64,000 bases of DNA from Octopus sinensis (lineage: Eukaryota): the NCBI RefSeq assembly GCF_006345805.1, contig NC_043012.1, positions 30,752,001 to 30,816,000 on the forward strand, in the 5' to 3' direction. Position 1 is the first letter of the stretch. Each line of letters begins with the position of its first letter. The position numbers and the translations under genes are program-made. Positions 63,570-64,000 of the stretch are shown in pieces. The notes below the pieces were generated by a model. It saw nothing but the letters and a program-made list of their open reading frames with translations. It was not told where the DNA came from and did not search any database.

Positions 63570-64000
63570 CGTAGTATCATCTCTAGTGGGAATCATCAGA
63601 CCGTGGGATTCTTTAGCTTTCAAACTGAAGTTTTAGAAGTGCAATGGCTCAATGCAGTGTTGTTGCTTTTTGGTAAAAGTGGTTTGTTTCAATGTTCGTG
63701 TTCTTTTTCTCTTTGTTTGATGCTAGTGTTTTTTATGTTGATTACATTCGGGAAGTTTGTGTATTCGCGTGGGCAGGTCGACGGAGACTGTAAGGTATAA
63801 CTGGCTGTTTTTGTGATTAGGTAACATTTTAAAGGTCAACGGGTTTAATTCGGTAATCTGCGAACGGGTAAAGTGGTTTAGCAATTATAAAATCATAAAG
63901 GTTTCTTTGTGAATATGAGGTTCAGTGGGGCATAGAGATTCTTATTTATACTGTTCGCGGGAGGGGGTTAATGAGGGCGGAATTTTTTCAGATAGAGATA
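63570..64000 (-). pseudogene. Penelope/Poseidon-type GIY-YIG remnant with downstream CTGATGA motif
   Basis: Minus frames give QTSR and SIKQREKEHEH, like the GQT.R.L..R..EH motif; CTGATGA lies downstream near 63600. Confidence 0.5.

Overview
This is eukaryotic, AT-rich, extremely repeat-dense DNA. It is most likely intronic or intergenic octopus (coleoid cephalopod) genome; this is inferred from the SINE families, the Penelope/RTE/R4/HERO mix and the density of TA, CA, GA, GATA, AAT, GGT and CAT microsatellites. No intact protein-coding gene, rRNA or tRNA gene can be supported, and almost all ORF-track entries are microsatellite translations. Recognisable elements are: a Tc1 transposon with TIRs, an internally deleted mariner, three tRNA-derived SINE families, two non-autonomous Helitron-like elements, several Penelope-like (PLE) remnants, R4/Dong-type and HERO-type RLE retrotransposon fragments, an RTE LINE 5' half, a CR1-type 3' end and MITEs. 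The features most worth a second look are: (i) a recurrent set of hammerhead-ribozyme (HHR)-like cores in short PLE-related elements; (ii) a ~680-bp foldback whose family conserves HHR core motifs in permuted order; (iii) three near-identical tandem duplications bounded by (TA)n in the last 13 kb, one carrying a STAM-type SH3-like remnant; (iv) an orphan 128-nt hairpin; (v) an ~870-bp purine-skewed array of TAACGAG motifs next to a strong candidate exon; and (vi) several isolated candidate exons of an unidentified host gene.
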